A stretch of 64,000 nucleotides of DNA from Marsupella aquatica (Eukaryota; Plantae; Marchantiophyta). A model generated the notes under the pieces. It made no database searches. It saw only the letters and a list, made by a program, of their open reading frames with translations, and was not told where the DNA came from. Within the stretch, counting starts at the first letter, position 1. Every line of letters starts with the position of its first letter. The position numbers and the translations under genes were made by a program. The stretch spans positions 30,262,932 through 30,326,931 of the forward strand of contig OZ316892.1 in the NCBI GenBank assembly GCA_973895155.1, read 5' to 3'. Below are positions 47,001-59,100 of this stretch, one piece after another.

Positions 47001-48102
47001 TGAATTTCTTCTTCAATACCCAAGTCAATCAGGAGTAACCCCCTCTCTGTCTCTTCCTCCAGATATAAACAGTCATGAGTATAATAGAGCTGAGAGAGAT
47101 AATTCTGTAAACAAGTGGTCCTCCCTGCTTCCAAGCTCCTTACTTGATCCTTTATTACATTAAACAGAAGTAGGGCCCAATTTACTTTTATAGCTCCACT
47201 GTGAGCAGCTACAATGGTGTTAGCCAAGGCCACAGGACAGAGAGTTGGCTTTTTCGGATGAAGAATGGGTACCAGAAATTCCATGAGCACTCTCAATTCA
47301 GGATAAGTACACTGGGACAAGTTCCAACCATTCTTGGCATTTCGAGTTCCTGAGAAGTATGGAGCAGATAAGTCCTGCTTCTTGGAATATAACGCCTCTC
47401 CTTCTGACGGGCATCCAAAGGCGTAAGCAATTTGCTCAACAGTCCACAGGCTGGGGTGAGCTCGAATCGTTTGCCTGAATTCAATCGAGATGATAGTCCC
47501 CTTCACAAAATCCTGCAAGTAGGAGTCGAGCTCAACATTCCAGGGGATCCTGAGCAAGCGCTCCAATCCTAAGTGCTGTAAAGAGTCTTGTAAATTAGAA
47601 AGACTATCAGGCGCTCGTGGTATACGAGATGCCACTACTTTTAAGATTGCTAGAGCTTCAATTTGATACTGTTCCTTAGCACCCAGGTTCGCCATAGCTG
47701 CAACGGTGATTTGCGTGCTACGAAGGTTGCTTTCAAAGAGAAAGAGCAAGTGAATAGGGGTGGTGAAAATACAGGAGTGAGCGCCTGATCTCTGTGCTTG
47801 ATTCCTATCAAGGTATGAAGTCCCCAATCCATTTCTAAGTCCCGTTGCGAAGTTAGCCGTAGCGACGTAACGTGAACTTTCCTTAAACGCGTAAGGCATA
47901 AGCCATAATCCTGTATTGGCGTAAACTTGTAACAGCGTAAACCTGTAAACCCGTAACGTTCTTACGCGTAAATGCGTAATCCCGTTATAAAGTATACCCG
48001 TAGTTTACACTTGGCATTTTAACAGCAACAGCAGGCTTAAATACTGTAAAAAGTTTAAATTTTTCAGTAATTTCAGGTATTCGGTATTACCCAATACTCA
48101 CA
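44072..48102 (-). mobile_element. Family D giant solo LTR (4031 bp) carrying a protein gene, copy D1
   Basis: TG...CA termini, perfect 5-bp TSD GGGAA (44067-44071, 48103-48107), no terminal direct repeats, no gag/pol. Shares an exact 20-mer with the E LTR at the same offset. Confidence 0.88.
45266..47695 (-). pseudogene. Family D LTR-encoded protein, with two premature TAG stops
   Basis: Colinear with 61385-63946; stops at 46160 (CAG>TAG) and 45626 (TGG>TAG). Confidence 0.9.
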
Positions 48103-48326
48103 GGGAAGACAAGGGAAGGCCTAGATTAGGCCGGCTACGTATCTCATGACCCGATGAAGGATCTGTCCAGTATATGTGTGTAAAATGTTAATAGTAGTAG
48201 TAGAAGGAGGTTAGCAGCGTCCCATGCCGCCAAGCCACGAAAACGGCCTCGCCTAGGATGAAACCTGCGGGAATCGGCTTGCGTAGGGGGGTTTCTTGGG
48301 TTTGGGGAGCCATGGGACGAACCACA

Positions 48327-48586
48327 GGTATGAGCAACGTCAATCAAGCTGCTCATTTTTGGGGATGCCTATTAGAACGGACAACTGAGTACATTGGGAC
48401 CTACAAGGACAAAGAATCGGAGAGAGCCGCTCGAGAACGACAGGAGCTCGCTCGACTGTGGGAGCTGCAGAAGTCTGCCTTCTTAGGAGGAGAACTCATC
48501 ACGGCTGAATTCCTGTGGATGCGTACTGCCGACAAACTTGACAATCTTTTGTTTTGTGAGAACAGAATAGTCGGCATCCGGGAAGT
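48327..48586 (+). mobile_element. Diverged family B fragment (equivalent to ~18805-19064)
   Basis: Encodes MSNVNQAAHFWGCL...RLWELQK. Confidence 0.9.
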
Positions 48587-51500
48587 TGTCACGTCGTCAG
48601 CCTAGGCCTTAACCCGGGCTTTGGCTTAGACAGGCACATCCTTTGTCAAAATGAGGGTTCGGGCAGGGAGGGAGGCACGGAATGCACCTAACTCACGTAA
48701 ACTAGCGCTAAGTGCGCATATGGTCGTATACGGACACCTCCTAGGTATGGTTTGTGTTCCGCCGCCGGAATGTACCTCAGTCGATAGCAGGATCAACCCC
48801 GGCTTACGGGCTTCTAAGCCTTCGTGTTGTCCGCCTTCGATCCGGATTCAACAATATGGGTCCTCAACCCGGGCTTGCAACCACTTACCCGCAAGCTGCA
48901 CCCCGTGCACAACTTGGGTAGTGCGTTCGGCCAAGCGTTGGCACCTATACACGAGATTCACACATATACATACGCACAAGCATACAATCTCGATTTACAC
49001 GAAGGAAATAATGGGAAGGGATTTTACTACATAGGAGACATATGCGTACACTTAGTTGACCCGAAAGCTCTAGAATGTACAGGTCCAAGGCCGAGGGTGT
49101 ACACTACAACGGAGCCCGGCTCCGCACTCGCCCAGCGAGCTTAGTCCTACGCCCTCCCCTTGGTACTCTTTCACTCCCAGAGGTCGGGACTCCCCGCACA
49201 TACCGCGGATGTCCAACACTGAGACTAAAACCCCCCCCTTGCCTCTACCAAGGGGTGCACTAAATACTAAGGGCCGAGGAACAGAGTGCCCTCGTGCCCA
49301 AAGATTTGCTAACTAAGGTCCTAACTAAGCTGGCTGTCAGGCCGGAAAATGGCTTGTCTTATTAGAAGATCCTATTCTATGCAGGCTGGACAGCATGGTA
49401 GTGCTGCTTTAACTAGGGCAGGTGCTTATCCCTATAGCTTGATTTAGCTATTCCTAACTCTATTTTAATCCTACTCCACCGCTAATGCCTGGCACGCTTG
49501 CCAGAGCCGCCTGAGTGGGAGCGGCTATCCCGCTGCCTTCTGAGTCTGTCGGCATGCTGCTTGAGTAGCTGGACCTGGTCCAGCAGAGATTTGTTCTTTC
49601 GCTTTGCCGCGTCCGCCTCTTCCGCGGCCTCTTGGCATGCCTCTCCAGTTGCTGGGTGTCGCTCGTCAGCTTATCCACCAACTGGGCCTATTTCGTGGCT
49701 TCTCCTTGAAGCCGCACCACCTTTGTCTTCAGGGTGTCAATCTCGGCCGCGTCCCGTTGAGACCAAGAGTCAGCTTCCTCAAGATCCTTTTGCAAACTGA
49801 CGGATTGTCCCTTCAAACCGTCAATCTTGGTCCGGAGCCGTGCGATCTTGACGTCCTTTCCGAGCCCGGCCTGTTCTGCTAAAGCTGCCCAGTGTCCCGA
49901 GAGATCTGTTGAGAGAAATCTCCCAACAACCCGTTCAGAAATGTGCCCGACGCAAAGAGTTCTGGATGGTCTAGACTGTGTCCATCTGGATTTGGGCACG
50001 GGCAAACTCCAACCCGTGCGGGAGTAGGAGTGGACACATCCAGCCCTTGAGGTAAGTCGGTCAAAGGGGCTGGTTCCACTGGAGGTGGGCGGTTCTCCTG
50101 CACAACTACGGGGGGTGGCGGAATCTCCTCGACTACCTGGCATCTGCTTTGGGTATGGCTTCATCCGGCCCGGCTTTGATTGCATTGTCCCCATTGATCG
50201 CGTCTAAGGTTGCGATAACGTCTATGGGTATGCTTGGCGGGGCGGCAACGGCGGGTTGTGGGGCCGGGGTAGTAGGGCTTGCAGCTGCCAGACTTCGGGC
50301 CTCGGGCTGCGGTCGCCTTACCTGGGCTAGGAACACCCATTTTGACGGGGTCAGCTCGGGCTCGTTGATACACGGGAGGCTGCGGCGGTCAAAACGAGCG
50401 TACCACTTGATGATGATTTTGATGTGGCTAGCAAAGTACGCCCTTCCGCCAAGGTACAAAGTCTTTCTTCTTCGCTCCATCTCCTTGTGGAACTTCTTGA
50501 CGAAGAAGGACGTCCACTTCCTGGGCCGATAGTTCTCCACCTGGATGACCTGGGCGGCCGATATTTTGCCTCTGGGTTCCATCATGTGGAGGGCATACCG
50601 CTGGAACTCCAGGCGTTTTGCTACCTCTAGGATGAGGGATGTCCTCATTAAGAACCCATTGTCCACTACCCCCTCGGCCAGGAAGCTAGAGGACTGGTAT
50701 TTAGCTCCCTTGCCCCCAGGAGCCCGTGACTCTACTCGGTTTATCCCCTCGGGTAAGCCGAAAATCATTTTCAGACGTGCCTCATTGAGACACATCACTC
50801 TCCCGTGCGCTCGGGTTTGTTGACGGGCCTCGTCAAAGTTTTGAATGAACTCCGTCATATCCTGCCCGTAGTACCTGCTTCCGTTCCAAGGGAGAGAGGC
50901 GAGGTGCTCAAACCCTTGGGTCTTCAGATAGCATGCATGCTTGGGGTGGAGGATGTTCTTGTGAACATTGTCCCCATGCGATGTATGGTCAGCTTGGCTA
51001 CCGCAACCGTGGCCAAATGCAACCCGGATACGGTTGCGGGTTCCTTCCTCTTCCTACCCCGAGATTGATTCCTGGGGTGACTAGAAGAGGGGGACATCTC
51101 ACCTTCCTCTCGGTCAGGTGGTGGTAGCGCGATTGCCGTGAGTATTGGTGTTGGGGCCGCTAGAGTTACCGTGTTATCCCCTCAGGCTTGTTGGAGTGGT
51201 GCTGGGTTGTTCGGCGCTTGTTGAGTTGTACCCCGTGGCTGTCAATTCAGAGGAGGGTGAGCCTCCTCATCTTCGGAGCTAGTATTCACCGCATTCACCA
51301 TGGATCGTACTTGGAGAGGTGGTGGGACCGGTGGCAGGGACCGGCTTGGCTGAGGCCGAGGAGGTGTAGGTACGAGTATGGGCACGGGTTGGCCGGCCCT
51401 GGTCGTTGATGGTAGAGTTGCCATGAAGTTTTGCAGGTGCCGGTGGAGGTTTTCCGAAGCAAGTGCAGATGGCGATATCGACCGGGTAGTGTTGAACTTG

Positions 51501-52133
51501 CTGTTGATGATAGCCTAGACTCGAGCGGGGATGTGGTTGAAGTGGTGTCGCTGCAAGTCGATCGTGCCCGAGAGAGTGAAGACCGCGTCCGGGAGTCAAA
51601 GCAATGCTTCCCAGAAACCGATATATTTGCCTCCGTCGAAGAAGTACCCTGATACCTCTTCGGGTTGGTAAAGCTCGCTCTGGGACGGGTACTCAAAGTT
51701 AAGGAGATAGTGGTGGCGGCCTGCTAGGCGGATGGCTCTCTCGTATTCACGTTTGATCTCGTACCGGCACGGGTTGGCGTGTTTTAATGAGTCGGCCAAG
51801 TGCCCTCCGATAGACGGGAACTGTGTCCAGAATTGTATGGCCAAACTGGAAAGGATCATGTGCAACATTCAGAGGAGATAGTAGGTGACTAAGGATAAGC
51901 AAGGGAGGTGGGGTCGAAGTTGGCACGTGGACTGAAGAACTGGTGCATTGCAAAGGATTGGCCCCCTCTTATACCCTAAGAGCTCATCGATCGCCCGACG
52001 CCTCCTCGTTGCTTATAAGCCAAACCTTTCACGCTCGCAGTGTACCAGCCACTTCGCCGGTCCAGGTCAGCTCGTGTCAGTGGCCGCCTCCTGGAGTTTG
52101 TTATACGGTGTCCTGAGGATAAGCAAAGAGGTA
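48587..52133 (-). mobile_element. Family C giant LTR-like unit, copy C1 (one end truncated)
   Basis: Starts TGTCACG flush against B sequence; colinear with 52134-~55890. Confidence 0.75.
49482..51868 (-). pseudogene. Family C LTR-encoded protein, fragmented
   Basis: ORF pieces 51596-51868, 50133-50858 (EFIQNFD...IFGLPEG...NGF...LEFQRYAL) and a coiled-coil tail; homologous to the C2 pieces. Confidence 0.75.
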
Positions 52134-55100
52134 TGTCACGCCATCGGCTTCGGCCTTAACTCAGGCTTCAGCTTAGATAGGCACATCCTTCATAAATCTG
52201 AGGGTTTGGGCAGGAAGGGAAGCACGTAATGCACCTAATTCTCGTAAACTGGCTCTAAGTGCACATACTATTAAATACGGACACCTCCTAGGTATGGTTT
52301 GTGTTCCGCCGCCGGAACGTACCTTAGTCGATAGCAGGATCGACCCCAGCTTAAGGGCTTCTAAGCCTTCGTGCTGTCCGCCTTCAATCCGGATTCGATG
52401 ATACAGGTCCTCAACCCGTGCTCGCAACCACTTACCCGCAGGCTGCACCCTATGCACGTCTCGGGTAGTGCGTTCGGCCCCGGCGTTGCCACCCATATAC
52501 GAGAAACCCACACACATACACGCGCACATGCATACAATCTCGATTTACATGAAGGAAGTCATGGGAAAGGATTTTACTACAAAGGGGACATATGCGTACA
52601 CTTAGTTGACCGACAGCCCTGGAATGAACAGGTTCAAGGACGAGGGTGCACACTACAACGGAGCCCGGCTCCGCACTCGCCCGGCGAGCTTAGTCCTACC
52701 CCCTCTCCTTGGTACTCTTTCATTCCCAGAGGTCGGGACTCCCCGCACATACCGCGGACGTCCAACTTTGAAACTAAAAACCCCCCCTGCCTCTACCAAG
52801 GGGTGCACTAAATACTAAGGGCCGAGGGACGGGGTGTCCTCTCGCCCGAAGATTCGCTGACTAAGGTTCTAACTACGCTGACAGTCAGGCCGGAAAATGG
52901 TTGTGTCGTTATTAGAAGATCCTAATCTATGCAGGCCGGACAGCATGGCAACGCTGCTGTACCTAAGGCAGGTGCCTGTCCCAAGAGCCTGACTAAGCTA
53001 GTCCTAATCCTAATCTATTCCTACTCTGCCGCTAATGCCTGGCACGCTTGCCAGAGCCGCCTGAATGGGAGCGACCATCCCGCTGCCTTCGAAGCCTGTC
53101 ATTGTCCGCCTTGAGGAGCTGGACCTGGTCCAGCAGAGATTCGTTCTCCTGCCTCACCACGTCCGTCTCCTCTGCTGCCTCCTGACATGCCTCCTCCAGC
53201 TGCTGGGCGTCACTCGTCAGTTTACCCGCCAGCTGGTCCTGCTTCTCGGCCTCAGTTTGGAGCCGCACCACTTCGGCCTGCAGCGAGGCTATCTCCATCG
53301 TGTCCCGCTGGGCCCGTTCCTCGGCCTCCTCCAGGTCTTTCTGCCAGGTGACAGTTTGATTCTTCAAACTGTCAATCTGGTTCCGGAGTCGTGTAATCTC
53401 GGCCTCGTTCCCCGCTTTGGCCTGTTCGGCTAGGGCGGTAAGAGCGTGCGCCTTCGCTAACAACTCATCGGTGGCTGCAACCTTGGGTCGAAGTTGTAGA
53501 AGCTCAGCCTCTTGAACCGCAACTTTGTTCTTTAGGTACACGGACTCCACCCGGTACCGCTCTATCCTCTGAAGGGTCTCTGACTGGGCCCGACCTGCCT
53601 TTACTGCGGCGACCAACTCCTGATTGAAGAAACAGGCTACCTTCCTGGCCATGAACTCCCCGGTATCCCGGGCAATTTGACGGGAGAAATCCCCCAGAAG
53701 CCCGTTCAGAAACGTACCCGGTATGAAGAGTTCCGGATGGTCCAGGTTGTGCCTGTCCGGAGTGGGGCACGGGCAGACGTCAACACGTGCGGGGGCCGGG
53801 GCCGTGACATCCAACCCCGGGGAAGTATTGTTGGAAGGGGTTGGAGTGTCCTCCTGCAGCAGCATCTGATTCTCCGGATCAGCCGCCGGCGGGTCTTTGG
53901 GAGACCCGGGCTTGACTAAGACCTCCGCGGTACCGACCTCTGGATTTGGCCGGGTCGGTTGGATCGCATCTTCGGGTGCGGTTACCGACCCTTCCAGTAT
54001 TTCCTCGGTCACGGCTACCGCTACCTGTGGAGGTGGGGTGGGTGAAGCCTATGTGTCCGCTGGACTTCAGGCCTCGGGCTGAGGTCGTCGCTCCAAGGCC
54101 GGAAAAACCCACCGAGCCGGGACCAGCTTTGTAACGTTGACACGGGGGAGGGTTCGTCGATCAAACCGAGCGTACCACTCGAGGATGATCTCGATGTGGC
54201 TAGCAAAATATGCCTTCCCGCCTATGTACAGCGTCTTCCTTTGCCGCTCCATCTCTTCATGGAACTTCTTGGCGAAGTACGATGCCCACCTCCTAGGTCG
54301 ATAATTCTCGACCTGGATAACCTGGGCAGCGGAGATCTCACCCCGGGGTTCCATCAGGTGGAGGGCGTACCTTTGGAACTCCAGTCGTTCAGCTATCTTG
54401 GGGATGAGGCAGGACCTCATCACGAACCCGTTGTCCACTGCTCCCTCTGAGGGAAAACTTGAAGATTGGTACTTGGCTCCCTTGCCCCCGAGAGCCCGTG
54501 ATTTGACTCGATGGTCACCTTCGGGTAACCCGAAGATCATCTTGAGCCGTTCTTCCGTGAGGGACATACTCCTTCCCCGCAGCCAAGTATGTTGACGCGC
54601 GTCGTCATAATTCCTGACGAACTCCGTCATGTCCTCCCCGTAGTACTCAGGTCTTCAGGTACACCGCATGCTTGGGATGGAGGATGTTTTTGTGAACGTT
54701 TTCCCCCATGCGGTGCATCGTCACCTTGGCTACGGCTACCGTGGCCAACGGTAACCCGGATGTAGTGGCGGATTCCTTTCTCTTCTTCCCCCTTGACTGG
54801 CTCGGGGAAGGCGACACTTCCCCATCCTCCTGATCGGGCCTGGGTAGTGCCACTGCCGTTAGTAATGGGCCCGGGGTGGCCACGGTCACCATGTTGTCTG
54901 CCGGGGCCGCTCCTTGGGTCCGAGCAGGGGGCGGGGACGATATAGTGTCGGCCCCTGAGCGCTTGTTCCTCTGGGCCGCCTGGTCAAGGGTGGGGTAGCC
55001 TCGTCGTCATCGCTAAGATCCACAGCGTTGATGACGGAGCGTACTTGTGCTGGCTGGGCGATCGGTGGTGGGGTTTGGCTAGGCTACGGCTGAGGCTGAA

Positions 55101-56116
55101 GCTGAAGCTGAGCCTGCGGTTGAGCCTGAGGTTGCACGGGTACGGGTACGGGTACGGTCTCGGGTTCGGCTGAGTTGGCCATGTTGGTGGATGGTCGGGT
55201 TCCCATGAAGCTCTGTAGGTGCTGGTAGAAGTTCTCCAAAGCAAGTGCCGATGTCCTCGTCGAACGAGTAGTGCTGGACTCGCCGTTGATGATAGCTCGA
55301 ACCTGAGCAGGGATGTGGTCAAAGTGATGTTGTTGTAGGTCGATCGTACCCGGGATATTGAAGACCTCATCCGGAAGCCGCAGCAATGCCTCCCAGAAAC
55401 CGATGTATTTGTCTCCGTCGAAGAAGTACCCAAATACCTCCGCTGGTCGGTAAAGCTCGCTCTGAGACGGGTAGTTGAAGTTAAGAATATAGTGGTGACG
55501 TCCGGCTAGGCGGATAGCTCTCTCGTACTCGCGTTCAATTTCGAATCGGCGCGGGTTGGCGTATTTCAAGGAGTCGGCCAATTGTCTCCCGGTAGATAGG
55601 AACTGCGTCCAGAATCGAACGGCCGAACTGGAGAGGATCGTGTGCGACATTCACAGGAGATAGCAGCAGCTACAAAGAGTGAACGAGAGAGCTGGGGTCG
55701 AAGCTCGCGCGTGGACTGATGGACTGGTGCACTACAAAGGGTCGGCTCCCCTTTTATACCCTAAGGGCTTATCGATCCCCCGACGTTTCCTCAATGCCCA
55801 TAGGCTGAACCGCTCACGCTTGTGGTGTACCAGCCACTCCGCTGGTCTGAGTCAGCGCGTGTCAGTGGCCGCTTCCTTAAGTTTGTTATACGGACCCGAG
55901 GGAGGGGCCCCTCCACGCTCGTAACCCGGGTGTGCGAATAGCGACCTGCCGCCAGTCCAAGCCTGAATTCCCCTTATTGCCTAATGATGTCATACCCATA
56001 ATGATTACCTAAATACTATCGTTATGCTAATAATAGCGGCCTAAGACACCCCTAACGCACGTGCTAAGCGCAGTTAGATCGAATTACTCATTACCCGCCG
56101 TACCAGCGGCATCACA
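52134..56116 (-). mobile_element. Family C giant LTR-like unit, copy C2 (3983 bp)
   Basis: Termini TGTCACGCC...GGCATCACA (7/9 inverted repeat); minus-strand TATAAAAG at 55751-55758, about 100 nt upstream of the ORF; no matching TSD. Confidence 0.75.
53032..55650 (-). pseudogene. Family C LTR-encoded protein (N-terminal domain, shared domain, coiled coil), fragmented
   Basis: ORF pieces 55084-55650, 54647-54892, 54067-54630 and 53032-54012 on one strand, in order. Confidence 0.78.
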
Positions 56117-56138
56117 AGATGGGAAAAGAGGCTCAAGG

Positions 56139-59100
56139 CAGTAGTAGAAACCGGGGCAATTTAGACCATACCTTATAGGACTAAGCCCACTAAGTCCTTC
56201 TTCCATACTTTAAACGACTCGCATCCATTGCCAAGGTTTTGGTAAAGACTATGAAAGACTTTGAATGTGCACCCGGTTTAGTTAAAGACTATGAAAAGTA
56301 TACTTGCTATTTTGTGAAGGGTGAACACTCTATACATCATAGATTTTATTCTTGGAATCCACAATAAAGGTCCACACAAAGACTAGGACACTTGATAGTC
56401 TTACAAGGGTTCATCATAAGAGTGTACTTCAAAAGGACCGGTCGATGTGCTACATTTTGGCCGCAGTGCTTAAGGAACATGCCTTGTATATATCACCAAC
56501 GTTAACTAACATTGCACCATAAAGATCCATGTAGCGGGTACTTTTCATAACTTAGGGTACTTTTGATAAAGGTAATTCCATGAGGGGGGCCCGGAGGGGG
56601 GGGTTAGGGTGGGGCACAACTGATTAAGTGGCCTCATCTTTGTCACCAAAGGGATTTATTTAAAGTTATCCTTTACCCTCACCCAAATGTACTCATTTGT
56701 TGCCTAATTAACTCCACATTGTTCCCCTACATCAAGACTCTGGCCATGACTTATCAAGCCTAACGGCTCAACTCAACGGACATGGGCCCTGGATTAGCGT
56801 TTAGGGTCCTGTTTGCACTAAGTCTTGGGTTAGGGTGAGTATGCTTTGGTCATCGTATGAAACTGGGTTTTTGTGAAGGGAAGTATCGAGTGTCCGCGCC
56901 CCATGCGTTTGGGCCCCATCATTTGTGCTTTGCGACAGAACGACCTGCGGAATGTTTGTGAGTTTAGCATACGAGCAGAGTTTAGGGTAAGCATTTTGCG
57001 AGGGAAGATCGAAGCTCATTCACTTCACATTGCTGCGTCCACTACTGCGAGCGCTTTTGACAGTTCTGCCTCTGTTTGGACACAGTGTATTAGATTGCAA
57101 GGGGTTTGCATTGGTTTGGGAGAGTCAACCTTGAGAGTCGTTAGGTGGTAAGGACATTGTTGCGAGGCATCCCCGAGAAGCGCTTGGTGGTAAGGAGCTT
57201 TGTGTAACGCGCAAGGTCGGGTGGTGGAGGGTTTTTGATGCAGAGGATGACAAGCTCCGTCAATCGTAGAGCTAGGTCAACCGAGCTTTGAAGAGGGAGG
57301 CTCTTCAATCAACGGAGTAACGATCAGTGTTTGCAGAGCTACCAGCCGGGTGCTTGGACTGTAGAGAAGAGCAGCCACAGTCATTCAGTTCTTCTCCTAG
57401 CTCAGTTGCGCATTGTCAACCATCAAGCGCTGCTGCGCGCTAGCTATGAACCCCAAGAGGAGCTGCGACAAGGAGGAGATGCAACCAAGAGGAGATGCGA
57501 CAAAGAGGAGATGCGACCAAGAGAAGCTACTGCATCCCACATTGAGTTGAACATTGAGGTAGGGACATGAGCTGCGCACTTTCAACCATCAAGCAACCAC
57601 CAAGCTTGGCAACGCTCTGGGATTTGTCGGTCAGACAAAGCGGAAGACAAAGGTGAGTGTTCGTGCACTGTTAGAGTAACCGCAAGTACTCTATTACATG
57701 CCTCGTTGTTCTCTATTACATGCCTTGTTCTCCCGCCCACTGTTTCCTGCAATTTTCTTTCTTCCAGAAGAGAATGGTGATTTCTTCTTCTATCAAACAA
57801 AACCCCACCCAACCACCACCCAAGAACGTGGGGTGCGCGCTTCTTAATCCTCCTCAAACTGGCCCATTGTTCATTGAAACCCCACATATTACCCACCGGC
57901 ACCAAGGGTCCAGTCCCAACCCATCTTCCGCTCCCCACCATCTTCACTCTCTCGTGCATCTATCTCCTGAACGACGTCGCTGGCCCTTAGACGCAGAATG
58001 CTCCGCTGTGATATTGCCTCCAACTTTTCTAGTGCAATCTAGGCAATTAGACTGCTTTTGCGAAAACTGCCCTTCTTAAAAGTGAGCAATACTAATAAGC
58101 CCCGGTAGGGGCGGAGCTGGGCGGAGCATTCGTTACGATGGACGTGGACCTACCGTGGGCTATGGTGGAACACTCTATTGTCTATGATGATTCTGAATCT
58201 TCTTGAACTGCGAGTGGATGTGCTTTAAGGCAAACTTGTCGGAGAAATTAGAATGGGGGGACGGAGCTGTCAGTGCTTAGGTTGTGGCATTTTTGAGATT
58301 GTCAAGAGTAATCTGTGATCTCATTTCTAAACAGTTTGAGCTCCTCTGATGTGCATAGGAATCGGGCTGAGGAAAGCTTTTGGGAGCTATCATCGGAACT
58401 AGCTTTCGATCTATTTCTGGTACTTTTGAATTGGTACTTGGGAAGGCTTTGTATCGTTAAGCCCTACAAGATTCACAGGCCAGACCTGCTTGCTAGTATG
58501 AGGGGCTTTGAAGGAACGTGTGGCCAGGGCTGATTAAGTATGGATTAATTTTGCATTGCCTGAGATACTGAAACTGCCACCCGCTTTGTTTCAGTGCCTT
58601 TGACTGCTTGCTCTTGCAACTTTGGAGCTGGGAGGGTGAGACGGAGGGTGAGTTGTCTGTGTCGCTTACCTTTGCTGAAATTTCCCCTTTGTTGCCTCTC
58701 TGGCTGTGTTGCTACTGCGGTTGTTGATCTTCGTCCACCCACTTGCCTACTCAATCAAGTGAGTACAGCTTTGTCTCTGCGTATATTAACCCATATATTA
58801 CCCCCCAGCACCAAGGGTCCAGTCCCAACCTGTCTTCTGCTTGCCACCCTCTTCACTCTCTCGTGCATCTATCTCCCGATATTTCACACGTAGCCGAGCC
58901 CACCAAAAGCTCTCTCCCTACAATCCCTCCCAAATCAACTTTCTCGTTTCCTGCTGCTGCTGATGTATGTTTGTTCTCCCCTATTTTTGTTTACTGTTTG
59001 GTCTCTCCACACTTCTTGCTTGACATTACTGTTGTGCTCCTCCCTGGATCCGAACACAATCGGAAGTGTCAAATATGGATGCAGATTCTTTGAAGAAGAG

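Larger units (their letters stand above)
43975..48326 (+). mobile_element. 3' ~320 bp of a family B LTR (43975-44071 plus 48103-48326), split by solo LTR D1
   Basis: Aligns to ~22793-23104 and ends at the LTR terminus ACCACA. Confidence 0.9.

Noticed and set aside
56583-56614. G-rich tract as a functional G-quadruplex or telomere seed
   Set aside because: Single occurrence inside the CACTA, with no supporting context.
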